A DNA stretch of 64,000 nucleotides from assembly GCA_902510115.1 (NCBI GenBank), contig CABWZU010000001.1, positions 255 through 64,254 of the forward strand. Reading direction: 5' to 3'. The first letter of the stretch is position 1. The number at the start of each line of letters is the position of its first letter. The translations under genes and the position numbers were made by a program. Shown here in pieces: positions 40,483 to 49,819 of this stretch. The notes under the pieces are model-generated. The model was not told where the DNA came from. It searched no databases and saw only the letters and a program-made list of their open reading frames with translations. Source of the DNA: an uncultured Gammaproteobacteria bacterium (GTDB taxonomy: Bacteria; Pseudomonadota; Gammaproteobacteria; PS1; Pseudothioglobaceae).

Positions 40483-41730
40483 ATGAAGGTTGCTATTATT
40501 GGAAGCGGTATAGCGGGGTTAACCGCTGCTTATCTTTTACAAAAAGATCATGACATTAGTGTTTTTGAAGCAAACGACTATATTGGTGGACATACCCATA
40601 CACACGAGATAAGCCAGAACAACAAAACATGGAGGGTTGATTCAGGATTCATTGTCTATAACGAAAAAACCTATCCTAATTTCATAAAGCTCTTAAAAGA
40701 ATTAAAAGTAAAGGTTCAAAAAACCACCATGGGGTTCAGCGTTAAGGCGCCATCACAAAACCTTGAGTATTCAGGAGGCTCTCTAAATACAGTTTTTGCC
40801 CAGAGACTGAATTTGTTTAAGCCAGCTTTTTTGATTATGCTCAAGGATATCCTTCGCTTTAATCGTCTTGCTAAAATAGAGCTTTCCGGGGTTGACGAGA
40901 CAACAACCATTCTTAGTTTCTTAGAAAAACACAAGTTTAGTAAGCCCTTTGTTGAGAATTATATTATTCCAATGGGGGCAGCAATTTGGTCAACTGCAGC
41001 TAACAAAACAACAGAAATGCCAGCAGTGTTTTATATTCGATTTTTTAAAAATCATGGGCTTCTCCAAATATTCAAGCGTCCACAATGGTTTGTAATAAAG
41101 GGTGGCTCAAAGTCCTATGTTGAAAAGATAATTGAAGGCTTCCAGGAAAAAATTTTTCTTTCTAGGCCTGTCATAAAAGTTGAGCGCAGTCCATCTGAGG
41201 TAAAGATTTATTGTGACAAAGAGCCTGATCCAATATTGTTTGATAAAGTTATCTTTGCCACCCATAGTGACCAAGCACTGGAACTACTTGAGGACCCAAG
41301 TGATGATGAAAAGTCAGTTCTTGAAGCTTTGCCCTATCAAAAAAATACAGCTATAGTTCATACTGATGTATCACTAATGCCAAAAATTAAAAAAACCTGG
41401 TCAAGCTGGAATTATTTGTTAAGTGGCGATTTAAATAGACCTGTCACACTGACCTATAATATGAATATCCTTCAATCATTGGACGCGAAACCAGACTTTT
41501 TAGTCACCCTTAATAGTTTGAACGAAATCAGCCCTTCAAAAATAATTAAAAAAGTTGAGTACTCACACCCTCTCTTTACAGTGAGTGGGATTGATGCGCA
41601 GAAGAAAAAAAGTCAAATCAGCGGTCAAAACAATACATACTATTGTGGCGCCTACTGGGGTAACGGTTTTCATGAAGACGGAGTAAATAGTGCGCTCGAT
41701 GTTTGTAAGGCTTTTGGAGTCTCGCTATGA
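40483..41730 (+). CDS. FAD-dependent oxidoreductase, COG2907 type (UfaD-like)
   Basis: VAIIGSGIAG, GGHTHT, DSGFIVYN..TYPN, WSSWNY and GAYWGNGFHEDG. ATG 40483 preferred over TTG 40474. Confidence 0.85.
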   Translation: MKVAIIGSGIAGLTAAYLLQKDHDISVFEANDYIGGHTHTHEISQNNKTWRVDSGFIVYNEKTYPNFIKLLKELKVKVQKTTMGFSVKAPSQNLEYSGGSLNTVFAQRLNLFKPAFLIMLKDILRFNRLAKIELSGVDETTTILSFLEKHKFSKPFVENYIIPMGAAIWSTAANKTTEMPAVFYIRFFKNHGLLQIFKRPQWFVIKGGSKSYVEKIIEGFQEKIFLSRPVIKVERSPSEVKIYCDKEPDPILFDKVIFATHSDQALELLEDPSDDEKSVLEALPYQKNTAIVHTDVSLMPKIKKTWSSWNYLLSGDLNRPVTLTYNMNILQSLDAKPDFLVTLNSLNEISPSKIIKKVEYSHPLFTVSGIDAQKKKSQISGQNNTYYCGAYWGNGFHEDGVNSALDVCKAFGVSL

Positions 41731-42491
41731 GCCTTTCTAAAATGCATCATTTATACTGGGGAACTATCAGTCATCACAGGCATACTCCATTCAATCGGTT
41801 TTTTAAGTATCCTATTTTTATGGCTTATGTTGATATCTCTAATCTGGCTTCTGTCATGAAACCCTCTATGCTTTGGAACATCAACAAGCCTGCAATCGTT
41901 TCCTACAGGAGACAGGACTATCATGGGGATCCCACAATAGGTCTAGAAGAGGCTGTTAGAAAAACTATGCATGAAAAAACAGGTAGAGAATTCAAAGGCC
42001 CAATTAGGCTGCTTACTCATTTAAGGTACTTTGGGTACTGTTTCAATCCCGTTAGCTTTTATTACTGTTTTGATGAAAACGATAAAAAAGTTGAGGCCAT
42101 AATGGCCGAAGTCACTAATACTCCATGGAAAGAAAGGCACTCATACGTTATAAATGAGCGCCTGGATTCGAGCAATAAGCTAAGCTTTACTGCCGCCCCA
42201 AAAAAACAATTTCATGTCAGTCCTTTTTGGGGAATGGATCACGAATACGAGTGGTTTTTTTCTAACCCTGAAGAGGCGTTAAATGTAATAATGAAAAACT
42301 ATAAAGATGGAGAAAAGGTATTCAATGTTGCCCTGAGCCTAAAAAGGCACGCTTTCAGCAAGAAAGGGCTTATTAAGGCCATTATTAGGTTTCCATTTGC
42401 AACTCTGATGGTCGTCTACAGAATCCATTGGCAGGCCCTCATGCTTTTAATCAGAAGGGCCCCATTTTTTACACACCCAGATAAATTATGA
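41727..42491 (+). CDS. DUF1365-family protein (UfaO-like)
   Basis: FGYCFNPVSFYYC, AEVTNTPWKERH, KQFHVSPF and IHWQAL motifs. Confidence 0.88.
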   Translation: MSLSKMHHLYWGTISHHRHTPFNRFFKYPIFMAYVDISNLASVMKPSMLWNINKPAIVSYRRQDYHGDPTIGLEEAVRKTMHEKTGREFKGPIRLLTHLRYFGYCFNPVSFYYCFDENDKKVEAIMAEVTNTPWKERHSYVINERLDSSNKLSFTAAPKKQFHVSPFWGMDHEYEWFFSNPEEALNVIMKNYKDGEKVFNVALSLKRHAFSKKGLIKAIIRFPFATLMVVYRIHWQALMLLIRRAPFFTHPDKL

Positions 42492-43777
42492 CAAAAGAAA
42501 AACAATTTAAAGACAAGTTATCCGTTGATTCTCTTGCGAATAGCATTCAAGAAATGCAAAAAAGCACCCGTACAACATCTTTTTTTAAAAACATTTTATT
42601 TAGAAAGCTCAAAAGCATTAAGAATGGAGAGCTAACCATTGTTGATGGCAACAGCAAACACGCTTTTGGCAATCCACAGTCTGAGTTTAAAGCAGAGCTG
42701 GAAGTTTTTTCGCAAGAGTTTTACGTTTTTTTGGGAAGCGGGGGAACAAACGGCGCTGCAGAAGCCTTCACCGCAGGATACTGGGGCTCTAATAACCTTG
42801 TCAAGCTAATACAGCTTATTATAAAAAATAAAAAAACTTTGCTTGGCCTAGAGTCTGGCTTTGCAAGACTGGCCAATCCAATTACAAAACTAATACATAA
42901 AAAAAGACAAAATACTTTAACGGGAAGTAAAAGCAATATCTTGGCCCACTATGATTTGAGCAACGACTTTTACAAGCTTTGGCTAGATCCAACAATGACA
43001 TACTCAAGTGGAGTGTTTCCAAAAAAGAATTCAAGTATGAAAGAAGCGTCTGTTGAAAAACTAGATAGGATTTGTAGAAAACTTAAGCTTAAAAACACAG
43101 ACCATGTTCTTGAAATTGGCACAGGGTGGGGAAGCTTTGCAATTCACGCTGCTAAAAATTATGGCTGCAAGGTTACAACAACAACGATCTCTGACAAACA
43201 GTTTCAATATGCTTCAGAGCTTATATCTAAAGAAAGCCTTGATAACAAAATAACGCTTTTAAGCAAAGACTATCGTGAGCTTGAGGGTTCTTTTGATAAG
43301 GTTGTGTCTATAGAGATGATCGAGGCTGTTGGTGCTGAGTATGTTCCTGGTTTTTTTGAAAAAGCATCCTCGTTGTTGAAAAAAAATGGGCTCATGCTGC
43401 TACAGGGAATAACCTACAATGACCCCGACTTTGATGCTTATAAGAACTCCGTTGACTTTATCAGGAAATATATTTTCCCAGGCTCGTGTCTTGTTGCAAT
43501 GCCACAAATATTACAAGCGATCAAAGATAAAACAGACATGGCGATGATACACTCTGAAGACATTACTCATCATTATGCAAGAACCCTAGAGATTTGGCGT
43601 GGAGACTTTCTGGCTGTTTTGCCTCAGGTTAAAGAGCTCGGTTTTTCAGAGCCTTTCACGAGGATTTGGAATTTTTACCTGGTCTACTGTGAGGCAGGGT
43701 TTCTCGAAAACCTAATTGGAGACTTTCAGCTTGTGTTTGCAAAGCCCGACTCAAGAAATATTCAAATTACATATTAA
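42488..43777 (+). CDS. Cyclopropane-fatty-acyl-phospholipid synthase-family SAM methyltransferase (UfaM-like)
   Basis: NILAHYDLSNDFY, MTYSS, LEIGTGWG, SIEMIEAVG and FIRKYIFPG motifs. Confidence 0.88.
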   Translation: MTKEKQFKDKLSVDSLANSIQEMQKSTRTTSFFKNILFRKLKSIKNGELTIVDGNSKHAFGNPQSEFKAELEVFSQEFYVFLGSGGTNGAAEAFTAGYWGSNNLVKLIQLIIKNKKTLLGLESGFARLANPITKLIHKKRQNTLTGSKSNILAHYDLSNDFYKLWLDPTMTYSSGVFPKKNSSMKEASVEKLDRICRKLKLKNTDHVLEIGTGWGSFAIHAAKNYGCKVTTTTISDKQFQYASELISKESLDNKITLLSKDYRELEGSFDKVVSIEMIEAVGAEYVPGFFEKASSLLKKNGLMLLQGITYNDPDFDAYKNSVDFIRKYIFPGSCLVAMPQILQAIKDKTDMAMIHSEDITHHYARTLEIWRGDFLAVLPQVKELGFSEPFTRIWNFYLVYCEAGFLENLIGDFQLVFAKPDSRNIQITY

Positions 43778-43780
43778 CTG

Positions 43781-44818
43781 ATGATTACTTTATTAATTAA
43801 ACTTGCAGAAAAAGGGCTATTGCCTGACTCATTTATCAGATTTGGAATAAAGCGCCTGTGCAGTGAGCGCTTGGCGAAGGCATCAAGCTTTAGTGATGAA
43901 GATATGGAAAAAGAGCATGCAGCATGGATTGAAGTTTTAAAGAAAAGCCCAATTGCACTTGTTCCAGAAAAAGCAAACGAACAGCACTATGAAGTTCCTC
44001 CGAGACTCTTTGAGCTCGTACTTGGAAATAAGCTAAAGTATAGCTCAGGATTTTGGCCAGAGGGCGTATCTTCACTAGACCAGTCTGAGTCTGCCATGCT
44101 GGACCTAACATCTGAGAGAGCAGGGCTGATAGATGGCCAAGATATATTAGAGCTAGGGTGTGGATGGGGTTCTTTAACGCTATACATGGCAGAGCATTTT
44201 CCAAAAAGTAAAATTACCGCAGTGAGCAACTCTAATGACCAGAGACAGTTTATTGAAGAAAAGTGCAGACAGCTTAAGCTAGTCAATGTCAGGGTTATAA
44301 CTGCAGATATGAATGACTTTGAGGCTGAAGGATTATTTGATCGAGTTGTTTCAATCGAGATGTTTGAGCATATGCGCAACTATGAAAAATTGCTTGGCAG
44401 GGTTAATGCGTGGCTAAAAAAAGAGGGAAAGCTGTTTGTACACATATTTTCTCACCAAAAGGTCGCCTATCCTTTTGAAGATAATGATGATGCAGACTGG
44501 ATGGCAAGAGAGTTTTTTAGTGGAGGTCAAATGCCTTCACATAGGTTATTGATGAGCTTTCCAGGCCAAATGAAAATAGAAAAGGACTGGAGAGTGAGCG
44601 GTACACACTATGAAAAAACCTCTCTTGCTTGGCTTCAAAAGATGGACAAAAATAAAGCCGAGGTTTTAGAGCTCTTTAAGAAAACTTATGGAGAAAATGA
44701 CGCTAAATCATGGCTCCAAAGATGGCGAATTTTTTTCATGTCTTGCGAGGTTCTTTTTGGGTTTGGCCATGGCACTGAATGGGGTGTCTCCCACTACCTT
44801 TTTGAGAAGCCACAATGA
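43781..44818 (+). CDS. Second CFA-like SAM-dependent methyltransferase (coclaurine N-methyltransferase-like subfamily)
   Basis: ANEQHYEVP, LKYSS, LELGCGWGS, SIEMFEHMRN, FFSGGQMPS and WGVSHYLF motifs. Confidence 0.85.
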   Translation: MITLLIKLAEKGLLPDSFIRFGIKRLCSERLAKASSFSDEDMEKEHAAWIEVLKKSPIALVPEKANEQHYEVPPRLFELVLGNKLKYSSGFWPEGVSSLDQSESAMLDLTSERAGLIDGQDILELGCGWGSLTLYMAEHFPKSKITAVSNSNDQRQFIEEKCRQLKLVNVRVITADMNDFEAEGLFDRVVSIEMFEHMRNYEKLLGRVNAWLKKEGKLFVHIFSHQKVAYPFEDNDDADWMAREFFSGGQMPSHRLLMSFPGQMKIEKDWRVSGTHYEKTSLAWLQKMDKNKAEVLELFKKTYGENDAKSWLQRWRIFFMSCEVLFGFGHGTEWGVSHYLFEKPQ

Positions 44819-45696
44819 TTAGAGACTTTGGTGCTATCGTTTTTTGCATTTTAATGGCCTACCTTGTTGCTATAGCAGCTTCAGTTGATGGGGCAATTTT
44901 TTCTGGGCTTCCAGTAATTCTTTTGTGCGCTATTGTCAGTTTTGCGACGCATTGGATCATTGCAGTACCCTCGTTAATTACAAGCTCAGAAAAATATTTT
45001 GACTTTACAGGAATGGTTGCTACGCTTCTTCTTGTTTTAACTTCAATGTTTGCGCTCTTGAGTTTGGGCGCCGAAGCATCAATTCGTTCAGTTTTCGTTG
45101 CTACCTTTGTATCTGTTTGGACCTTAAGATTGGGAATATTTCTTTATAAAAGAATAGTGAAAGCTGGCGAAGACAGAAGGTTTAGAGATATAAAAAAATC
45201 ACTGCCAAAGTTTTTAATGACGTGGACCTTGTCAGCGCTTTGGGTCTTCTTAACGACTGTAAATGCAATTACTTTAATCGCGCTGAACCCACTTGAGCCA
45301 ATTGGAGCATTTTTTGTTTTTGGGGTGCTGTTGTGGTTATTAGGTTTTGGTTTTGAGGTGATTGCTGACAGACAAAAAAAGCACTTCAGTGAGCAGTCTG
45401 AAAATAAAGGCAGTTTTATCACTCAGGGTCTTTGGTCTATCTCTCGTCACCCAAACTATTTTGGAGAAATTATTCTATGGACAGGGATTGCAATTATCTC
45501 GCTACCATTTCTATCCGGCTGGCAGTTTGTGACCTTAGTCTCTCCTGTGTTTGTGTTTCTCCTCTTGACAAGAATAAGCGGACTTCCTTTTTTAGAAGAG
45601 AAGGCTGAAAAAAAATGGGGCGAAAACAAGGACTATATTGAATACAAAAAAAGAACGCCAATACTAGTGCCATTTTTTGGAAAAAAACAACAATAA
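44815..45696 (+). CDS. DUF1295 / steroid 5-alpha reductase-like membrane protein
   Basis: Multiple TM helices; GEDRRF, EVIADRQK, GLWSISRHPNYFGE and SGLPFLE motifs. Confidence 0.85.
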   Translation: MIRDFGAIVFCILMAYLVAIAASVDGAIFSGLPVILLCAIVSFATHWIIAVPSLITSSEKYFDFTGMVATLLLVLTSMFALLSLGAEASIRSVFVATFVSVWTLRLGIFLYKRIVKAGEDRRFRDIKKSLPKFLMTWTLSALWVFLTTVNAITLIALNPLEPIGAFFVFGVLLWLLGFGFEVIADRQKKHFSEQSENKGSFITQGLWSISRHPNYFGEIILWTGIAIISLPFLSGWQFVTLVSPVFVFLLLTRISGLPFLEEKAEKKWGENKDYIEYKKRTPILVPFFGKKQQ

Positions 45697-45708
45697 ATTA
45701 ACTTTACC

Positions 45709-46230
45709 ATGGCTCTTGAAACCCCTAAATACGAAGTAGTCTCGGAATATGACGGATTTGAAATCCGTCGTTACATTGAAATGATAATTGCCACGACATC
45801 GGTTCGCTCAGATTACAAAGGCTCTACATCGTCTGGGTTCAGAAGAATTGCTAATTACATTTTTGGTGGCAATGATAAGGAAATGAAAATCGCAATGACC
45901 GCTCCAGTAATTGCTGACTGCCCCTCTGATAATCGAGAGAGCTATAATATTTCCTTTGTGATGCCTAGTGAGCACTCATTGAAAAATCTTCCTAAGCCCA
46001 ACACAGAAAATGTTTCAATTCAAAAAGAATCCTTAGGCGAGGTTGCAGTATTTCCTTTTGGGGGTTGGGCGACAGAGTCTAGAAGCAAGAGTTTTCAAAA
46101 AAAATTTGCAACACTTCTCCAGCAAAACAACATTAAAACAAGTGGAGGCTTTATGGTCGCCCAGTTTAATGCTCCTTATGTAATTTCCATGTTTCGCAAA
46201 AACGAACTTATGGTAAGAATTAATAGATAG
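45709..46230 (+). CDS. SOUL-family heme-binding protein
   Basis: ETPKYEV..FEIRRY, GFRRIANYIFGGN, KIAMTAPV, SFVMP and RKNELM motifs. Confidence 0.88.
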   Translation: MALETPKYEVVSEYDGFEIRRYIEMIIATTSVRSDYKGSTSSGFRRIANYIFGGNDKEMKIAMTAPVIADCPSDNRESYNISFVMPSEHSLKNLPKPNTENVSIQKESLGEVAVFPFGGWATESRSKSFQKKFATLLQQNNIKTSGGFMVAQFNAPYVISMFRKNELMVRINR

Positions 46231-46238
46231 CTATTTTT

Positions 46239-46655
46239 TTATTGGCATTTATTGCAGACGCCATTAATCTCAACGGCCTGAGAATCATTAACTGCAAACT
46301 GGTTACTGTTAGGTAATGAGAGTTGTGCTGAAAGCTGACAAGACTCTTGTACTGATTTGCAGCTCGTGCAGTGAAGCAGCACATGGAAATGGTTAGTATG
46401 ATTATCATTACAAACCAGATAGGTATTGCTTGAGTCCATCTTATGAACAACACCTACTTCAATCCAAAAGTCTAAAACCCTATATATTGTGCTAATATTA
46501 AACGAATGACCTTTGTCTTTAAGGGAGTCCCTAAGATCATAAGCTGAAAGATTTGTTTTGCAGGAGCACAGTTCATCAATAATTGACATTCTTTGGGGTG
46601 TTGCGCTTCGTCCCGCCTCTACACACTTAGATATTAATTGTGTCCTGCTAGTCAT
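46239..46655 (-). CDS. zur: Fur-family zinc uptake regulator
   Basis: TPQR, SAYDL, STIYRVLDF; YLVC..H..H..CTSC and C-terminal CNKC. Last gene of a zinc-uptake-like operon. Confidence 0.75.
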   Translation of the reverse strand: MTSRTQLISKCVEAGRSATPQRMSIIDELCSCKTNLSAYDLRDSLKDKGHSFNISTIYRVLDFWIEVGVVHKMDSSNTYLVCNDNHTNHFHVLLHCTSCKSVQESCQLSAQLSLPNSNQFAVNDSQAVEINGVCNKCQ

Positions 46656-47217
46656 GAGGATCCTCTAGGTTATAGTTATAATCTTCGTTGGCATATTCTT
46701 CGTCACTAAAATGAAGCGTTTCAATAACAGCATCAGTAATTGTATATCCGCTATCTGCAAGATCAAAACTTTGCGATCCTACAGATATTCTCCCATAAAC
46801 GATTATTGGCATGTACAAATCACGAAACTTTGTAGGACTGCCAGTGACATCTACAAGTAAAGTTTGATTTAAAGGTGGAGGAGGCACATGGATACACTGT
46901 CCCGCCTCAGGAACTAGTAAAAACTTACTGATATTAGTGCCCTGATACTCAATTGGAACCATAAACCCAGCAAGGGCAATATCCTTGCCCTCTACAGAAT
47001 TGTTAAGCCTAGTGCCCTCTACGGCCAATTTAGCTTGAAACTCTTCACTCATGTACATCTCATAAGTTAGGTCTTCAGGAATAAAATCATATGCATCATC
47101 TGGTTCAAGGCTTAACCAGTTGTTTTCTATAGTAGTCAAGTACTCATCTGTGACTACAATCGCAGATGAGCTCAGGGAGAGAAAAATAAAACCGATAACT
47201 AGTAGCCTCTTTATCAT
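46648..47217 (-). CDS. DUF3299-family exported protein (ZrgD-like)
   Basis: Signal peptide; GFMVP and FLLVP..GQCIHVPPPPLNQ signature. Confidence 0.85.
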   Translation of the reverse strand: MIKRLLVIGFIFLSLSSSAIVVTDEYLTTIENNWLSLEPDDAYDFIPEDLTYEMYMSEEFQAKLAVEGTRLNNSVEGKDIALAGFMVPIEYQGTNISKFLLVPEAGQCIHVPPPPLNQTLLVDVTGSPTKFRDLYMPIIVYGRISVGSQSFDLADSGYTITDAVIETLHFSDEEYANEDYNYNLEDPHD

Positions 47218-48465
47218 TTAACTCAATGCCTGATGTAAATTCTTTCTAAAGACCATCGCGGCTGGAATTAAACCGCTTAATACGCCAGACAATAAAATAA
47301 TACTGAAGACTTTAATTTCATTTAGGCTAATCCATTTAAACGAGGGGGAAATACCCAAAGCCAAATTAAGCTGGTTAGTTGCGAAATAGGTAACTGCAGT
47401 TACAAGAATAATTGCACCAATTATTGCGACTAGGCCAATTACAAGTGATTCATAAATTACCATGGCGGCCAAAAATTTGGGGGAGGCTCCATTGGCCCTG
47501 TATATTGTCATTTCTTGTTTTCGGTTGTCTAGACTTGCAATAATTAAGGTGACCATTGCAATAAGGCTAATTGCAATTATTATCCAGCTTAAAAGCTGAA
47601 ACCCTTTGTCAACTAATCCAACAATAGACCAAAGTTCAGACAAGGCTATTCCGGGTATAACGGCGGATATCGCTTCCTCTGGATATTCTCTGATATTCTT
47701 GCTAAAGTTAAATATAGTTAGTTTTGATTTAAGGCCCACAAAAGCAGCCGTAACTGTTTTTGGGCTTAGGGCATCAGGCGGAAGAGAAGACAAGTCAATA
47801 TCCTCAAGACTAAATACTTTTTTTCCACTTTTCCAGCCTAAATGAAGAAGCTCATAGCCCTTTAAATCAAGGAAAATAGCCTGATCGATTGGGGTGCCTG
47901 TTTTATTAAGAACACCCGTCACTTTAAATGAAAAGTCATCATGTTTGCTCCCTAGGGACTCAATTGAGCCATGAGTGATTTGGATCTCTGAGCCAACACT
48001 ATAGTTGAGTTTTTCGGCAACATCAGAGCCTAAGGTTGCCTCAGATAGTTCGGCGAAAGGCACTCCTTTTAAGAAAGTTAGGGGCTGATTATTTCCATAC
48101 CTAATGTGTTTAAAGTAGTTTGGCTCAGTAGCTACAACTCTATAGCCTCTGTGACTATCTCCTAATGCAATTGGAACCAGCCAACTAATATCACTTCTTT
48201 GTTTGACATCATCGATAGTTTTTGTTGTGATGTTGTTTGTCGGCCTGCCCAGATGGAAAACTGTATATAAAACTAATTCCAGAGAGCTGGATCTTGGACC
48301 AATAATCGCATCAACACCAGAAATGCTTTGATTAAAGCCCTCTTCTGCGCCTTGTTGAATTCTCTCAATGCTGAGCAACAGAACCATCGAGGCCATTAAA
48401 GATATTGTGACAAGCGAAGTTGGAATAATTCTTGAACGCATTGATTTAAGCAAAAGACTAAGCAT
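47218..48465 (-). CDS. ABC transporter permease, MacB/FtsX type (ZrgC-like)
   Basis: LVLYTVFHLG.PTNNI and WLVPIALGDSHRGYRVV; periplasmic domain followed by C-terminal FtsX TM helices. Confidence 0.88.
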   Translation of the reverse strand: MLSLLLKSMRSRIIPTSLVTISLMASMVLLLSIERIQQGAEEGFNQSISGVDAIIGPRSSSLELVLYTVFHLGRPTNNITTKTIDDVKQRSDISWLVPIALGDSHRGYRVVATEPNYFKHIRYGNNQPLTFLKGVPFAELSEATLGSDVAEKLNYSVGSEIQITHGSIESLGSKHDDFSFKVTGVLNKTGTPIDQAIFLDLKGYELLHLGWKSGKKVFSLEDIDLSSLPPDALSPKTVTAAFVGLKSKLTIFNFSKNIREYPEEAISAVIPGIALSELWSIVGLVDKGFQLLSWIIIAISLIAMVTLIIASLDNRKQEMTIYRANGASPKFLAAMVIYESLVIGLVAIIGAIILVTAVTYFATNQLNLALGISPSFKWISLNEIKVFSIILLSGVLSGLIPAAMVFRKNLHQALS

Positions 48466-49117
48466 AGTGTTTATTAAAGTCTATTACAGAGTCAAAGTAG
48501 GGCGCAATTGAGGCGTCATGGCTGACCATAATAATGGCCTGTTTGGAGGCGTCAAAGGTTTCCATCACCTCATTTAGAAACTTTTTAGTTGTATCAGAAT
48601 CTAGGGCGGAGGTTGGCTCATCCGCAAGAATTAAGTCTGGCTTGCCCAGAAGAGCTCTAGCTGCTGCAACCCTTTGCTGTTGGCCAACACTTAAGCGGTA
48701 TACTGGCGTATTTAAAACTTCTTTATCTAGACCTAACGAGTCTACCAGTCTATTAATTTCCTGATTCAGATTGCCAACCCTGGATTTTCTAGATTGAGAG
48801 AATCTGATCCCTAATCCTATGTTTTCAGAAACACTTAAAAAAGGAATGAGGTTTAATGTCTGAAAAATATAGCCAATATGGTTGGCTCTGAGCCTATCCA
48901 AAAACAAAGAGGACATTGATGAGTAATCTTGGTCATCAAATTTAATGTCACCAACCTGAAGCTGCAAGGCGCCAGCAATCAGGCTCAGTAAGGTTGTTTT
49001 GCCACAACCTGAAAAACCACTAATTAATAATCTCTGCCCTCTTTCAATCTCTATTTCTGGAAATACAATTTTTTTACCGTGCTGATAATGGTATTCCAGA
49101 CCTAGCGTTTGTAACAT
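48458..49117 (-). CDS. ABC transporter ATP-binding protein (ZrgB-like)
   Basis: Walker A GFSGCGKT, signature LSVGQQQRV, Walker B LADEPTSALD. Confidence 0.93.
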   Translation of the reverse strand: MLQTLGLEYHYQHGKKIVFPEIEIERGQRLLISGFSGCGKTTLLSLIAGALQLQVGDIKFDDQDYSSMSSLFLDRLRANHIGYIFQTLNLIPFLSVSENIGLGIRFSQSRKSRVGNLNQEINRLVDSLGLDKEVLNTPVYRLSVGQQQRVAAARALLGKPDLILADEPTSALDSDTTKKFLNEVMETFDASKQAIIMVSHDASIAPYFDSVIDFNKHYA

Positions 49118-49128
49118 CAGATCCTCAT

Positions 49129-49743
49129 TTAAAATATTACTTTATTAGCATCTGATTTTAGGCTCTTTGTTAGAGCTTTATTGTTTATTACTGCCTCAAA
49201 GTTTAAAGTTTCAAGTTCGCTAAATCGATCAAACGCATTGATAGTTAAGCTCTTTAACTGGCTTGGATTACTGCAAGCAAACTCATAAGATAATTCAACG
49301 TCTTTGTGATCTCCTTCTGTTGAGACGCTATGAAGACCAGATTCAAAAGAAGTTAGATTACAGTCAGCCCCTTTGGGTAATTCAAATAATTGCGAGTAAT
49401 TGTTAAATGTAGCTAAAGTTTTATCTGAAACAGTTAGCTCATCGTGATCATCGTGATCATCGTGATCATCGTGCTCATCATGGTCATCGTGCTCGTCATG
49501 GTCATCATGCTCGTCATGCTCATCATGCTCATCATGGTCATCATGCTCATCATGGTCATCATGCTCGTCATGGTCATCAAGTAACTGTACTATTGGCATT
49601 TCGTAAGAAATAGCAACTTGATTTTGACTAATTACCATTGATAAATTATTTAGTCCGTGGACATGTGCATTGGCGCGTCTTGCCTCTTCAGCGCTTGCAA
49701 AAGATGAAACTAATAATAACGACAGAAAGCTAAGTTTAAACAT
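49129..49743 (-). CDS. DUF2796-family His-rich periplasmic zinc-binding protein (ZrgA-like)
   Basis: Signal peptide; AHVHG, His/Asp/Glu tract, H.D....Y.F.C..P motif. Confidence 0.82.
   Translation of the reverse strand: MFKLSFLSLLLVSSFASAEEARRANAHVHGLNNLSMVISQNQVAISYEMPIVQLLDDHDEHDDHDEHDDHDEHDEHDEHDDHDEHDDHDEHDDHDDHDDHDELTVSDKTLATFNNYSQLFELPKGADCNLTSFESGLHSVSTEGDHKDVELSYEFACSNPSQLKSLTINAFDRFSELETLNFEAVINNKALTKSLKSDANKVIF
49438..49572 (-). repeat. 9-bp degenerate tandem repeat encoding 15 consecutive HD(D/E) triplets
   Basis: 135 nt of (CAY GAY GAN)x15, read directly from the sequence. Confidence 0.95.
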
Positions 49744-49785
49744 GGGAGCCTCTTTAAAGATAAAAACAGGATAATATAACGTAAT

Positions 49786-49800
49786 CGCAATATTATTGCA
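49786..49800. promoter_or_regulatory. Putative Zur operator upstream of the zrgA-like gene
   Basis: Perfect inverted repeat GCAATA-T-TATTGC (49787-49799) in the 76-bp gap ahead of the operon that encodes zur. Confidence 0.55.
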
Positions 49801-49819
49801 ATAGTACGCAACTTATTAA

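Noticed and set aside
36150-49572. Possible CRISPR arrays at the three repeat tracts (36150, 39154, 49438)
   Set aside because: All are head-to-tail, in-frame coding repeats without unique spacers, and no cas genes are present.
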